The notes under the pieces were generated by a model. The model was not told where the DNA came from and did not search any database. It saw only the letters and a program-made list of their open reading frames with translations. A stretch of 64,000 bases of DNA, from assembly GCA_028281285.1 (NCBI GenBank), contig JANQKF010000031.1, positions 5,335 through 69,334 of the forward strand, read 5' to 3'. Every line of letters begins with the position of its first letter. Position 1 is the first letter of the stretch. Positions 18,151-27,357 of this stretch are shown piece by piece. The stretch comes from Cyclobacteriaceae bacterium (GTDB taxonomy: Bacteria > Bacteroidota > Bacteroidia > Cytophagales > Cyclobacteriaceae). The translations under genes were made by a program, and so were the position numbers.

Positions 18151-20118
18151 ATGAGAAGTCTGGCTCAGAAAATACTTATTGTTTTGATACTATTGGGCTC
18201 ATCCCATGGGATTTACAAGCTCAACGCACAAACTAAAATTGAGAATGACTTTAACAGGGAAGTCAAAAACCTGACAGCATTTGCAAAGTCCTATGGATAT
18301 ATCCGGTTCTTTTACCCGAATACACAAACAGAAGACTTTAATTGGGATGCTTTTTTGGTGTATGGAGTACAACAAGTACGTCAACTGAAAACAGATGAAG
18401 AATTAAAGACCACTTTATCCGTTTTATTCTCAGGCATCGCTCCACATGCGGTATTCAGTGATAGTGAAAAGACTAATCTCAACCTTAAATCAATATCTCA
18501 AGGAGATAGTATCACCTTTTGGCAGCACAGTTCTTTTTCTATTGGTGAGAATATGGGAGCAAAGTCAGAAGGAAATGATCTTAAGATTTTGGTTACCTCA
18601 GAGTTTGATTCCAGCAAAGTAATTCCGGCAAACAGTCCTTTCCTAAAGGATGAAGTGCAATTTGAGTTCATTTCGTATCTAAATTTCAACAAGTACTATT
18701 ACCCCGATAATTTTCGACCTTCAGAATTAAACCAAGCCTACGTTCTAGATAAACAGCCGAACCCTTCACTTCCCATTTCTTCCAAACTGGCAGATAACCT
18801 ATGGGTTACTATGCCCATAGCATTGGATCATCAAGAAGCAAAACACCTTTCTGAAAAAATAATCATCGAAGAACTCTCAAATGATTTGGAAGAAATTTAT
18901 ACTAATGAAAAGCTCATCTACGAGGAAGACGACATTTGGTATGCCGACTTCATCTTAACTTGGAATGCAGTTCATCATTTATATCCCTATAGGAAAAGAT
19001 CGGAAAGGATGTTCGGCTTTCAATCGTCTGAACAATTGGCGTCTGGCTTAAAGGAGATTTCTAATGCCGCGGATAAAAAAAGTGCTTCATTAAAGGTCAT
19101 TAAACAACATGTTTCTCTATTTCAAGATGGACATGCCAATGTCTTCAAACTACCAACCCCGGAAACAAATGAAGAAAATGCAAATACACCCAAAAGGATT
19201 CGCAGTTGGCTTCCTTTCTACAGAGTTTACTCACAAGGAAAAGTCTATGTCCTCAGAAGTTTTGATCCTGGAATAAAAAGTGGCGATGAAATCTTAGAAA
19301 TAAATGATACTGCAATCTCGGCTCTTATCGATGATGGAATCCAAAATGAGGAAGCATCTCCTCAATTAAACTTGTGGAGTGTTACAAATACTATTGGTTC
19401 ACTGTTCAATGCTACTGAAGCCAGTATTAAACTTAAAAGAGATGATAAGATCTTAACAATAGAAGTAAACACAATAGGTCAAAAAGACTACTTTAAATAT
19501 TTTAGAAACCCATTTGAGCACAAACCTTTTGAATACCCCAATCAGGGAACCATCTATATCAATCCGTCCTTGGTATCTCCCAAAGATTTAAACGATAGAC
19601 TAGATGAAATACAAAAGGCCGACCACCTGATCTTTGATTTAAGGGTTTACCCCAATTCTCTTAAAGAGATTCTAGACCGTATTGAAGTAAATAATGGATT
19701 GGGAAAAGGCCTAATAATTAGTAATCCGCTAAATATGTATCCTAATCAGGAGCAACAATTTCATATTTGGCAATCGGCATTGACAATCCCTAAAAAGCCT
19801 TTCCTCCGTGCAAAAATCTCTGTGTTAGTAAGCAGTTCAACCATGAGCAGAGGGGAGACATTCACCAGCTACTTTAAAAACACTGGAGCAACTTTAATTG
19901 GGGACAGTAATACCGCAGGAGCTTCAGGAGGAATAAATTGGTTTACTACCCCAGGTAAGGTCAGAATTTGGTTAACTACGAGCTATACTGTCAGACAGAA
20001 TGGTGAAGAAATGCAATCCATAGGAATAACACCTGATATTCTGGTAAAGCAAACAGTAAAAGGCTTCAAAGAAGGTAAGGATCAGCTTTATGAAGCTGCC
20101 TTGGAGAAAAGAAATTAA
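18151..20118 (+). CDS. S41 family (tail-specific) peptidase, exported
   Basis: YGYIRFFYP N-domain, PDZ-like GIKSGDEILEIND, IFDLRVYP, SRGE catalytic region, TAGASG, GITPDI. ORF track start is 18097. Confidence 0.85.
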   Translation: MRSLAQKILIVLILLGSSHGIYKLNAQTKIENDFNREVKNLTAFAKSYGYIRFFYPNTQTEDFNWDAFLVYGVQQVRQLKTDEELKTTLSVLFSGIAPHAVFSDSEKTNLNLKSISQGDSITFWQHSSFSIGENMGAKSEGNDLKILVTSEFDSSKVIPANSPFLKDEVQFEFISYLNFNKYYYPDNFRPSELNQAYVLDKQPNPSLPISSKLADNLWVTMPIALDHQEAKHLSEKIIIEELSNDLEEIYTNEKLIYEEDDIWYADFILTWNAVHHLYPYRKRSERMFGFQSSEQLASGLKEISNAADKKSASLKVIKQHVSLFQDGHANVFKLPTPETNEENANTPKRIRSWLPFYRVYSQGKVYVLRSFDPGIKSGDEILEINDTAISALIDDGIQNEEASPQLNLWSVTNTIGSLFNATEASIKLKRDDKILTIEVNTIGQKDYFKYFRNPFEHKPFEYPNQGTIYINPSLVSPKDLNDRLDEIQKADHLIFDLRVYPNSLKEILDRIEVNNGLGKGLIISNPLNMYPNQEQQFHIWQSALTIPKKPFLRAKISVLVSSSTMSRGETFTSYFKNTGATLIGDSNTAGASGGINWFTTPGKVRIWLTTSYTVRQNGEEMQSIGITPDILVKQTVKGFKEGKDQLYEAALEKRN

Positions 20119-20429
20119 CCATACCAAATATATAAACGCTGAAGTCGATATTCTTACTGGTTTTGAAAGGATATTGCAAGCCTCGAAATTTTCCGTGGCT
20201 CTAGCAATTGAAGCACGCACCCTCTGAGTGTCACTACCACCTAAAACGGACAAGCGTTACGACATTCTAATTTCAGAATGTACCGAAAAGAAGGTCCTGA
20301 TCATCCTTACTAAGGATCGAATACAATTCCTAAGTCACCTGTAACCAATATCAGATAAATTAAATCTAATACACTAGCCAACACTGAGTTTCATAAAACT
20401 CAGGTCAGGCGATTTGAAAACAGATCATT

Positions 20430-21332
20430 ATGAAAAATTTGATATACCTGGTCATTTTATTGTGCGTTCCTCTAACTACATTTTCCCAAGAAACCGATGT
20501 CAAGTTCAAGCATATATTGATTACTAATGACGATGGTATCGAGAACATCGATATTTTGACTGCATTCGCTAAAAGTGTAAAACCGCTTGCCAATAGAGTC
20601 TCGATCGTAGTGTCAAGTCACGACCGTTCAGGAAGCTCCAACTACCTTAGTTTTGGTAAGCACAAATCTTCCTATGAAGTAACCACAGAATATTTCGACC
20701 GTGATCAAAATATTGGAATTTACACCCTGCCCGGTTATCCCGCAGACTGTGTTTTGATCAGCTTAAGTGGCCTGTTCTCCAATGACAGACCTGATCTAGT
20801 ACTATCCGGAATTAATGGAGGGTCGAATATTGGGCCCGCATGGTTCAATTCAGGAACCATTGGCGCGGTCAGAACTGCGTCTGTTTTGGGCGTTCCGGGA
20901 ATTGCGTTTTCAGGATTTGATGATGATCATGAGAATTCATTCAGCAAAATTCCCGGGTGGATTGTTAAGTTTTTAAAATCTGGAATTGTCGATACAATCG
21001 ACCGAAATGGCTACCTGACTGTTGCTTTTCCGGAAATTCCACTTGACAAAATTAAGGGCATCAAAGTCAGTGAAAGGCAGATTTCATACGGCCGACCCGA
21101 ATCCATTCGATTTGAAAAAGTGTTTGGTGACAAACTGGACCAAGCCGATGGCAAGACCCTATGGGCGTATTCTCCCATTGGCGACCTTAACAGTGGAAAA
21201 GGAAAGGATGACGTTTATTACCTGGAAGAGGGATATATAATTATTACCGCAATGTCAATTAATGAAAACAACCAAAAATTGTCAGAAAAACTTAAATCTC
21301 TCGAATCGTCAATTCCAAAGTTTAATAACTAG
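20430..21332 (+). CDS. surE: SurE-family 5'/3'-nucleotidase with N-terminal signal peptide
   Basis: ILITNDDG, SGSS, GYPADC and DLVLSGINGGSN motifs; MKNLIYLVILLCVPLTTFSQ leader. Confidence 0.85.
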   Translation: MKNLIYLVILLCVPLTTFSQETDVKFKHILITNDDGIENIDILTAFAKSVKPLANRVSIVVSSHDRSGSSNYLSFGKHKSSYEVTTEYFDRDQNIGIYTLPGYPADCVLISLSGLFSNDRPDLVLSGINGGSNIGPAWFNSGTIGAVRTASVLGVPGIAFSGFDDDHENSFSKIPGWIVKFLKSGIVDTIDRNGYLTVAFPEIPLDKIKGIKVSERQISYGRPESIRFEKVFGDKLDQADGKTLWAYSPIGDLNSGKGKDDVYYLEEGYIIITAMSINENNQKLSEKLKSLESSIPKFNN

Positions 21333-21376
21333 AAAATTAGACGAAAGTCCCCTTACAGAGCCCCTCCCTACTCTTT

Positions 21377-23047
21377 TTATTGGATTGAAAACTTTGCTCC
21401 AAAACGAAGGCCATCAGGTTTACCGAATTGAACCATGATTTCATCACCTTTTTTGGCCTGCTTTAATAGTTCATATATATCAATTGTGTCTTTGCGTTTG
21501 ATCTCGGTGTTGAGAATGCTTAACACCGCTTTTTCACTTCTGATCAAAGACGCTTTCACATTGCCGGCCTGCTTTGATAGCACACCGAAATCCACGAATT
21601 CGGAAAGAGCATAGGTAAGTTTCACGTTATTTCCCTGCCTTTTAAGCTCAGTCAATGAAATACCTTTTTGGGCACTCACCACCGTACCATTAATGGATAG
21701 CTCCACCGGTGGAGGGGGCAAATCATTGCCTATCCTCTTTTTAAATCCTTCACCCTCTCTGAACAAGGGCAAATTGTAGAGCTTCACCGCATCAGATGGC
21801 CCATCGATAATATCAATTACCAGGTAATCGTCTGGCTGAGCTTTACTAAGCAATGCTTTGATTGTAAAGGATGCATTTTCTCGTAGCTTCTTACTAGCAT
21901 GCCCGACCACTTTGCCTTTACGCACAAGGTCTAATCCTAAGTGGATCTTGTCTGTCTCTCTATTGTCAAACTCGAATTTGAATTCTCCCTTATAGCCCTT
22001 GACCCTCGAAAATTGAAGTCCGGTGCTTAAAGCAACACCATCGACATAGAATTTAATGTCCCGTGCAGGTTGGTAGGATGCAGTGCTTGCTTCTTCCATT
22101 GCCGGTACATCCAACACCGTATTACTCTGAGCGGTCATCACGCCTATCAGTGATACTAGCACCACGGTCATTGCTATTTTGGATTTTCCGGCCCATCCTG
22201 ATTCTTTTATGCTCATCATAGTTATTCTCTTTTTAATGAATGATAAATTGAAATTGTGTACCAACCCGTATGAGTTGTTGCTGATCAGTTGTCTCAAAAG
22301 CAATGACTGATACTCTACTAAGGAGAAACCCTGTTTAAGCATATTTTTATCGGCTATATATTCATGTGTTTGTTTTAATGATTTAAGGAGTAGCCATACT
22401 ACGGGGTTGAACCACAGCAATGCTGCTACGATTTGGACAAATATTAAGTCAATGGAATGTCGTTGTTGAATATGGGTCTTCTCATGTGCAAGAATCTGGC
22501 TGTATTCCCTTTCATCTTCAATGCTGTCAGGGATAAACACCGTATTCAAAAATGAAAAGGGTGCCATATGCGATGGGATCTCCGACACCTTCAGTCCATC
22601 AAAATCGGTAGATGTTAATTTCTTTTTTAGTCGGTAAACTTTCAGGTACCCTAAGCTGAGTCGAAAAATACGATACGAGAAGCCAATGACATAGATTAGG
22701 ATCGTCAAGGCCACCAAAGCCTGCCATACATCCCAGTCCTTTAACCCTATTTGAAGCCATCTGGAGCTTTCCTGACTGAGTGTGCCTTGCGACAACTCTT
22801 CAAACGTCTGGTGGTAAGAATAGCGGGCTTTTCCCAGTTCGGTACTTTGCTGATTGATAAAGCTCTTTTCTGAGTTGAAAATCTCAAAGCTCAAAAGAGG
22901 AAACAGTAATGACAGAACCAAAATGCCCATCAAAAAGAAACGATTGAAGGCAAAAAAGGTCTCCTTGCTCAACAGCAATCGGTATGCTCCATAAAGGACT
23001 ACCAAGACTAAACTGGCCTCTAGCAGGTACAACAAGAAGGCATTCAT
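21377..23047 (-). CDS. M56 family (BlaR1/MecR1-like) metallopeptidase sensor
   Basis: Multi-TM N-terminus, APFSFL, ILAHEKTHI (HExxH), WFNP, EYIAD, IKKRITMM. Confidence 0.92.
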   Translation of the reverse strand: MNAFLLYLLEASLVLVVLYGAYRLLLSKETFFAFNRFFLMGILVLSLLFPLLSFEIFNSEKSFINQQSTELGKARYSYHQTFEELSQGTLSQESSRWLQIGLKDWDVWQALVALTILIYVIGFSYRIFRLSLGYLKVYRLKKKLTSTDFDGLKVSEIPSHMAPFSFLNTVFIPDSIEDEREYSQILAHEKTHIQQRHSIDLIFVQIVAALLWFNPVVWLLLKSLKQTHEYIADKNMLKQGFSLVEYQSLLLRQLISNNSYGLVHNFNLSFIKKRITMMSIKESGWAGKSKIAMTVVLVSLIGVMTAQSNTVLDVPAMEEASTASYQPARDIKFYVDGVALSTGLQFSRVKGYKGEFKFEFDNRETDKIHLGLDLVRKGKVVGHASKKLRENASFTIKALLSKAQPDDYLVIDIIDGPSDAVKLYNLPLFREGEGFKKRIGNDLPPPPVELSINGTVVSAQKGISLTELKRQGNNVKLTYALSEFVDFGVLSKQAGNVKASLIRSEKAVLSILNTEIKRKDTIDIYELLKQAKKGDEIMVQFGKPDGLRFGAKFSIQ

Positions 23048-23415
23048 TTTTTCGATGATTTTAGTGATTCCAATAGTTTGATTGCCTCATCCAACTCCTT
23101 TTCATTCAATTGCTTGCTCTCAGAAAAGAAGTTCACCACCTGCTTCAAAGAGTCGTTGTAATAATCTGAAACCAGCCTCGACAGTTGACCTTTACTATAC
23201 TCTTCCTTTGATATTTTGGGAAAGTATTGATGTGAATTTCCATAGGCTGTGTAGCCAACTATGTCCTTCTGAACCAGTACCCGAACAATAGTAGATACTG
23301 AATTATAAGGAGGTTTAGGGTCGGGGTATTGCTCGATGATATCCTTAACAAAACCTTTTTCAATACCCCAGAGAATCTTCATAATCTTCTCCTCTGCCTT
23401 GGTCAAAGTCTTCAT
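23044..23415 (-). CDS. BlaI/MecI/CopY family transcriptional repressor
   Basis: LTKAEEKIMKILW...YNSVSTIVRVL..K..VGY...YFPKISKEEY; translationally coupled to the M56 gene. Confidence 0.93.
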   Translation of the reverse strand: MKTLTKAEEKIMKILWGIEKGFVKDIIEQYPDPKPPYNSVSTIVRVLVQKDIVGYTAYGNSHQYFPKISKEEYSKGQLSRLVSDYYNDSLKQVVNFFSESKQLNEKELDEAIKLLESLKSSKK

Positions 23416-23453
23416 TGCTCTTAGTTGTTAATCAATCAGCTTCACAAGTATAG

Positions 23454-23489
23454 AACTTAATTTTAAGTTTTAAAACTTATTCTTAAGTT
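23454..23489. promoter_or_regulatory. Twin palindromic operators AACTTA-N4-TAAGTT (23454-23469 and 23474-23489)
   Basis: Two 16-bp palindromes with a 20-bp period in the divergent blaI/serine-hydrolase intergenic region. Confidence 0.7.
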
Positions 23490-23543
23490 AGAAAACGTAA
23501 AAGCAAGTTGAAATTTTATATTCACTAGTGTAACCAATTCAAT

Positions 23544-24971
23544 ATGAGAAAATTAATCCCTTTCCTTCTTTTATTCTTTTTGATGAGTTGTTCGACTCAG
23601 TCCGAAAAAGATCAACAATTATTGGACGAGCGAATTTCCAGATTAGAAAATGGACTTCAACCTAATGTTCAAATCCAGGGAGAGGTTATACCCAATTATA
23701 ACATTGAAGAAAGATTAAGGGAATTGGGCATTCCTGGCGTCAGCATTGCGGTTATCAATAACGACCAGTTGGAATGGGCCAAAGGTTATGGGATGGCCGA
23801 CAGTTCAGAAAACCGCCTCGTGACGGCCGAGACCATGTTCTTAGCCGGATCAATAAGCAAACCGGTTTCTGCGGTCAGGGCTCACCAGCTCGCAGAAGAA
23901 GGTATCATTAGTTTGGATGCCAATGTGAATGACTACCTGACAAGCTGGAATCTCCCTGAAAATGAGTTTACCGAAAAAGAAAAAGTCACCACCCGAAGAA
24001 TATTGAATCACACTGCCGGATTAACAGTCTGGGGATTTCCGGGCTATGATAAGGGGGATACCATACCGAGTGTTCCTGAAGTATTGGATGGTAAGGGAAA
24101 TACCGATCCGGTTCGTGTCTATCAGGAACCTGGGGTGGGTTGGCAATATTCAGGTGGAGGCTATACACTTATGCAACATATGATCACCGACATCGAAGAA
24201 AAATTGTTCCCAGAACTTATGCAGTCGAATGTATTAGATCCTCTCGGAATGACCGGCAGTACGTTTGAAAATCCCCTACCCTCGAGATATCATCGCATCG
24301 CTGCAACCGGTTATCGCAGAAATGGAAATGAAGTGGAAGGAAAATGGCCTATATATCCTGAAATGGCAGCAGCAGGCCTATGGACCACCCCATCACAACT
24401 GGTATTGTATGCCAAAGAAATTCAGCAAATCTATCAAACTCGGCAAGATGGATTGTTAAGGTCGAAGACTGTAAACGAAATGCTTACCCCCGGAATGAAT
24501 AATTATGGCCTCGGGCCTGCTGTTACAGAACACACCTTTGGACATAATGGTGCTGATGAGGGCTTCAGAGCAGAATTAATCGCCTGGAAAAAACAACCCG
24601 TAGCCATGGTGATTATGGTCAACTCTGATAATGGGAGCATCATTCAGGAAATAAAACTGGCTATTGCACAGGAATATGGATTGCCTGGTGTTGAGCCTGT
24701 CAAAAGGACATATCACCAACTTTCAACTCAGGAACTGGAAAAGTTTACGGGCAAGTATACTATTCCGGGTCTCGGTGAAGTAGAAATGGTTGTGAAAGAC
24801 AATGGACTTGAACATAGAGCACCATTTGCTCCTGAACCCATTTTCCTTCTCCCCTCTTCTGATAGCACTTTTTTCAACACCAATGGTGGTGCCTATCTCG
24901 AATTCATTCGAAAAGACGATAAGATAAGTGGTTTTAAATTCTATGGATTCGAAGCTTCCAAAATTGAATAG
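23544..24971 (+). CDS. Serine hydrolase (class C beta-lactamase/PBP-like) lipoprotein with C-terminal extra domain (DUF3471-like)
   Basis: Lipobox LMSC, SxxK (SISK), YSGGGY, GHNG. Confidence 0.9.
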   Translation: MRKLIPFLLLFFLMSCSTQSEKDQQLLDERISRLENGLQPNVQIQGEVIPNYNIEERLRELGIPGVSIAVINNDQLEWAKGYGMADSSENRLVTAETMFLAGSISKPVSAVRAHQLAEEGIISLDANVNDYLTSWNLPENEFTEKEKVTTRRILNHTAGLTVWGFPGYDKGDTIPSVPEVLDGKGNTDPVRVYQEPGVGWQYSGGGYTLMQHMITDIEEKLFPELMQSNVLDPLGMTGSTFENPLPSRYHRIAATGYRRNGNEVEGKWPIYPEMAAAGLWTTPSQLVLYAKEIQQIYQTRQDGLLRSKTVNEMLTPGMNNYGLGPAVTEHTFGHNGADEGFRAELIAWKKQPVAMVIMVNSDNGSIIQEIKLAIAQEYGLPGVEPVKRTYHQLSTQELEKFTGKYTIPGLGEVEMVVKDNGLEHRAPFAPEPIFLLPSSDSTFFNTNGGAYLEFIRKDDKISGFKFYGFEASKIE

Positions 24972-25043
24972 AAAAAACCCTGTTAATCTTGGTCACACAC
25001 TCCGGCATACTAAACAACAATTTCCAAAACCATATCCGACTAC

Positions 25044-25080
25044 CGAGATTGGGGACGACTTGGTGGTTTTGCCAGGGAAG
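25044..25080 (+). repeat. Intergenic remnant homologous to an internal part (27651-27688) of the 27358-28485 gene
   Basis: cgagattggggacgacttggtggtttt vs cgagattggggatgacttggtggtttt: 26/27 identical, with weaker similarity on both sides. Confidence 0.75.
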
Positions 25081-25217
25081 ATGTCTTATTCAATATTCCT
25101 TAGGACTAAAGCAGTTTCAAAGAAAGCCGAGATCTGTTGAATATGAGATAAGGCTATAGTCTTTGGACCTATGGTGGCCAAAGACAATTTCTTCATTACA
25201 TAATCGAGCGACTTTAT

Positions 25218-25775
25218 TTAGAAATGCCAACCTAATTTCAGAGAAATTTCAGGTATAAATAATGGCGTTTCATACGTACTTTGATCGACAATTACCTCTT
25301 TATCTCCTGCTATTCTTAAATGCCCAGCCACCCACGGATTCAAATAGAAATTTTCAAAAAACTTCCATACAAACCCACCACCCAATGTGAATATTATGTT
25401 GTTGTATTCGGCAGTATTCAACTTGGCATCGGTCTGTATTTTGGCATCCCAATACTCTATGCCAGGTCCTATCCACCAACCTTTGAAGTCAGGTTTAAAA
25501 AAGTAATCTACGATGGCCGCATAAACCTTCATATCGTTATTGGTGAAACCATCTTTTAAGATAAAGTCCGGTGTTTCAATTTTTGTAATTACCCCTCTAT
25601 ATCTAAAATGATTGTGTCCAACCCAGACCGAACCATAATATCCTTTGAATATATATGGTGCTGCATCTAATTCGAAGCCGACAGTGGCGTTATTTGTTGT
25701 TGGAGTATCTGCTTGTCCATAAGAGAAACTAAAAAGTAGCATGATGAAGCAGATGAAAAATAATATTGCTCTCAT
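25218..25775 (-). CDS. Outer-membrane beta-barrel hypothetical protein
   Basis: Signal peptide, alternating amphipathic strands, C-terminal LKLGWHF. Confidence 0.7.
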   Translation of the reverse strand: MRAILFFICFIMLLFSFSYGQADTPTTNNATVGFELDAAPYIFKGYYGSVWVGHNHFRYRGVITKIETPDFILKDGFTNNDMKVYAAIVDYFFKPDFKGWWIGPGIEYWDAKIQTDAKLNTAEYNNIIFTLGGGFVWKFFENFYLNPWVAGHLRIAGDKEVIVDQSTYETPLFIPEISLKLGWHF

Positions 25776-25867
25776 GATATGAATATGTTTTTGAAAGCAA
25801 AATTACCGTGGCGAGCCTCTTCACGAAATGATTTTCGTCACGTAGTTAGTACGTTATTTTTGATAGT

Positions 25868-25999
25868 GCACAACGGTTGATATAAGAATAGTAGTAGCCC
25901 GCGTAATCTAAACCAATCGGCAGCAGGAAGATTAAAGCGGTCTGCAATCTTTGAATTCACTACTGTTTCGGCTGTTATTTTTTATACATTGTTGTATGC
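25868..25999 (-). mobile_element. Solitary attC-like imperfect inverted-repeat element
   Basis: Minus strand reads GCATACAAC-AATGTATAAAAAATAACAGCC ... GGCTACTACTATTCTTATATCAACC-GTTGTGC and starts 17 bp after the hydrolase stop. It has AAC...GTT outer boxes and complementary inner arms with bulges. Confidence 0.6.
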
Positions 26000-26016
26000 T
26001 GGCTTGTTTATAGACC

Positions 26017-26916
26017 TTATTCCTCTTGTAAAAAAGAGAGAACCTTTCTATTAACTAGCCCTGTCTGGGAATGAGTTATATCATGGCTGGCATCAGGAAT
26101 AATCACTGTTTTTATTTGCGGTGCGACATCATTAAGGCGCTGCACAACTTTATTGGGAGAGTACAAAACCTCTTTTTCTCCTATAAGGTACATTACAGGA
26201 ACATTTAGTTTTTGTAAATCACTATCACTCAAAACAGTCGGGCTGACAAATTTTCTTTTCTTGAAACACTTCCCAGCCAACACTGTCTCCTCAATCATTT
26301 GATCCGCTATGGCCCGACCTGCTTCTCCTTGTTTTACCAAGCATTTTCTTTCCCAATACACCAATCTTTTTGTAAAAAAATGATTTGGAAAAAAATGAGC
26401 TAATACTGCAGGTATCAAGTACATTGCTCTTGGATGCATTACTGTTGAAGATGGAGAGATAAGGACGATTTTATTAAGTCTTTCTGGATGTGCAAGCGCA
26501 TAAATACTTGTTTGCCATCCACCGTACGAGAATCCCAAAAGATTAATATCATTTTTCAAATTCAGCGAGTCAAACAATTCATTTAACCACTTAACAAAAT
26601 CTCCGGGTTCTTTCAAAGGGCGGGAATATATACTACGACCATTATCATAAATGTTGTCTATTGCATAAGTTTTGTAATGTTTTGAAAACTCCTTTATCTG
26701 AGGCATCCAAGACAGTGAATTTTCAGTATCTCCTGGCAAAAGAATTAACGGTGGTTTGTCATCTGGACCACCTACGCGGACAAAGGTTTGACCATAAGAA
26801 GTCTCTACATATTTGTTTTTTGATGGAACAGGCCACAGCAAAGCATGCTCATCATAAAAAGCAAGATATTTTTCTTTTGCTTCTCCCGACTTAAAAGGAT
26901 GATAAGATCCATTCAT
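26017..26916 (-). CDS. Alpha/beta hydrolase (carboxylesterase-like)
   Basis: GFSYGG nucleophile elbow, GEKE, ASHD; ETSYGQTFVRVGG N-terminus. Confidence 0.88.
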   Translation of the reverse strand: MNGSYHPFKSGEAKEKYLAFYDEHALLWPVPSKNKYVETSYGQTFVRVGGPDDKPPLILLPGDTENSLSWMPQIKEFSKHYKTYAIDNIYDNGRSIYSRPLKEPGDFVKWLNELFDSLNLKNDINLLGFSYGGWQTSIYALAHPERLNKIVLISPSSTVMHPRAMYLIPAVLAHFFPNHFFTKRLVYWERKCLVKQGEAGRAIADQMIEETVLAGKCFKKRKFVSPTVLSDSDLQKLNVPVMYLIGEKEVLYSPNKVVQRLNDVAPQIKTVIIPDASHDITHSQTGLVNRKVLSFLQEE

Positions 26917-27357
26917 TCTAGCAACCTATTGTAACGAGCTACTATAATGGTCTCGATCTTGCGCAAAAATAACACTGAACTAGCCTTCATAGCGAAAAGA
27001 TATATGGCTTTAATTGTACTAAAGTTTGCCGGTTAAAGAAAATTCATGATGGCCGCAATTTCCAATGCTCCAATTAATTGTAATAAGACCATAACCAAAC
27101 AGATTATGGGCAGTCAAAAGAAGATAATCTCCTGGGGTTTTTCCAGGAACACTGTCAAAACATCATTTAGTCGATCAGGACAATAAAGAGGCATAAACCC
27201 CTGCGAGAGAAACACTCTAACTACCATGATTAGGTTAAGCAAAATCATCGGGTTGAGTGATTGAAATCATAGCGGTCAAGTCGATTTCGATGGAATTTAG
27301 CAAAGAATATAGAGGCCCGAATTAGGATAATTCCATAACCCTTAAACCTCCGTTACA

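Noticed and set aside
20130-20345. Possible gene remnant in the gap after the S41 peptidase
   Set aside because: One open stretch with an internal stop, no start and no recognisable motif; indistinguishable from chance.
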